DNA of 7,146 bases from Promethearchaeota archaeon (GTDB lineage: Archaea; Asgardarchaeota; Thorarchaeia; Thorarchaeales; Thorarchaeaceae): NCBI GenBank assembly GCA_027031765.1, contig JALVPN010000128.1, positions 5,370 through 12,515 of the forward strand, in the 5' to 3' direction. The notes under the pieces were generated by a model that ran no database searches, had not been told where the DNA came from, and saw only the letters and a program-made list of their open reading frames with translations. Shown here in pieces: positions 6,352-7,146 of the stretch. Within the stretch, counting starts at the first letter, position 1; each line of letters begins with the position of its first letter. Position numbers and translations under genes: made by a program.

Positions 6352-6373
6352 AGCAGAGTAGAATAGAGCAGGA
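6344..6373. repeat. Degenerate pentanucleotide tandem repeat (YAGAG)x6 spanning the SAM hydrolase stop codon
   Basis: TAGAG TAGAG CAGAG TAGAA TAGAG CAGGA. The second unit supplies the TAG stop (6349-6351). Confidence 0.75.
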
Positions 6374-6455
6374 CGCGCAGTCGCCACTGGGCGCCACGGA
6401 TGGGCGGCGGTGCATGCGGTGTGACAGGTGTGCTGTTGGTGTTGTTTCGGAGCAC

Positions 6456-6986
6456 TCATTCCCCGGCGACCTGCCGTGACGGACGTGGGAACAACACTAC
6501 AATCTCAGACCCTTGGTCTGGCTCGCCCGGCACCCTGTCTCTCAGACTTATCCGACCGCCGTACTTGTCGACAATCTGTTTGGCCTGGTACAGGTCAAGG
6601 GCACCGTGTCTGCGCCGCATATCGAACAGGTGCGTCCTGTCGTGTTCTGAAAAACCGCGACCGTTGTCAGCAACTGACAGCTCGTAGTACTGCGTGTGTT
6701 CTCGCAGACGAATCCAGACCATTGCCCGCCTCTGGGCGTGGTCGCGGACTGCGTGGGTGAGCAGGTTGTACACGAGGACCTCAAGGAACTCGTCGGCCAT
6801 CACAAGTGGGCGCACGGCCTGCACATCGAGGAGCACTTGCACCTCTGGGAACTGTTCTCTGAACGCTGTGACACGTTCGTCAAGTACGGCGTCCAGTTCC
6901 CGGATCCGCAGTGGCCGCGACAGGAGGTTCTCAGTGGCACGTATCTTGTGAATCATCTCAGTGCACTTGTCCACGGCATCGGCGGC
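6456..6986 (-). CDS. C-terminal half of a sensor histidine kinase (end of DHp helix 2 plus HATPase_c domain), with degenerate ATP-binding motifs and no visible H-box
   Basis: N-box region LVYNLLTHAV, G1 box VADNGRGF, F box HLFD, G2 region HGALDLYQAKQIVDKYGGRI, and terminal GSEIVVLFP. The upstream in-frame sequence is of different origin (see next feature). Confidence 0.85.
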   Translation of the reverse strand, partial: AADAVDKCTEMIHKIRATENLLSRPLRIRELDAVLDERVTAFREQFPEVQVLLDVQAVRPLVMADEFLEVLVYNLLTHAVRDHAQRRAMVWIRLREHTQYYELSVADNGRGFSEHDRTHLFDMRRRHGALDLYQAKQIVDKYGGRISLRDRVPGEPDQGSEIVVLFPRPSRQVAGE

Positions 6987-7146
6987 CTCGATCAACGTGG
7001 CCACGTTCCGCGCGATGCGGCGGACGACCTCGTCGGCCGGCTCGGGGAGATACTCGTGCAGCGGCGCGTCCACCGGGACCAGGAGATCGAAGTCCGTGGC
7101 GTGCAGGTGCGTGTCGCCCCGCGTGCGCGGCATGCGCGGGTTGACC
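6987..7146 (-). other. In-frame fragment of an acetyl-CoA hydrolase / 4-hydroxybutyrate CoA-transferase gene, fused to the kinase half; runs off the right edge
   Basis: It translates as VNPRMPRTRGDTHLHATDFDLLVPVDAPLHEYLPEPADEVVRRIARNVATLIE. This matches, from memory, the family I CoA-transferase segment VNPxMPRTxGDxxIHxxxxDxxVxVDxPLxE...IxxxVAxLIE, which is normally followed by DGxTLQxGIG. By hand count, GC is 112/156 (72%) over 6991-7146 and GC3 is 51/53 codons. Confidence 0.8.

Overview
An intron-less, ~60% GC archaeal-type window, most consistent with an Asgard archaeon (Thorarchaeia-like is my inference). The support is a Rab-like GTPase among archaeal metabolic genes, BRE/TATA-like promoter elements, and AGG/ATA codon use. 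Left to right it holds: the 5' part of a minus-strand coiled-coil protein gene cut by the window edge and absent from the ORF track; a phosphohexomutase (-); an alpha/beta hydrolase (+); a Rab-like small GTPase (+); a (GTACC)n microsatellite; a 194-aa protein of unknown function (+); an ATP-NAD kinase-family protein (+); and a DUF62 SAM hydroxide adenosyltransferase (+). The final minus-strand ORF is a chimera. Its first 53 visible codons (72% GC, 96% GC3) resemble an acetyl-CoA hydrolase/4-hydroxybutyrate CoA-transferase, and they join in frame to the C-terminal half of a histidine kinase with a degenerate ATP site. The most interesting leads are the Rab locus (long leader, uORF, SD-occluding hairpin, microsatellite, unknown neighbour), the coiled-coil protein, and the chimeric junction, which may be an assembly artefact. 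No rRNA, tRNA, CRISPR array or transposase was recognised.
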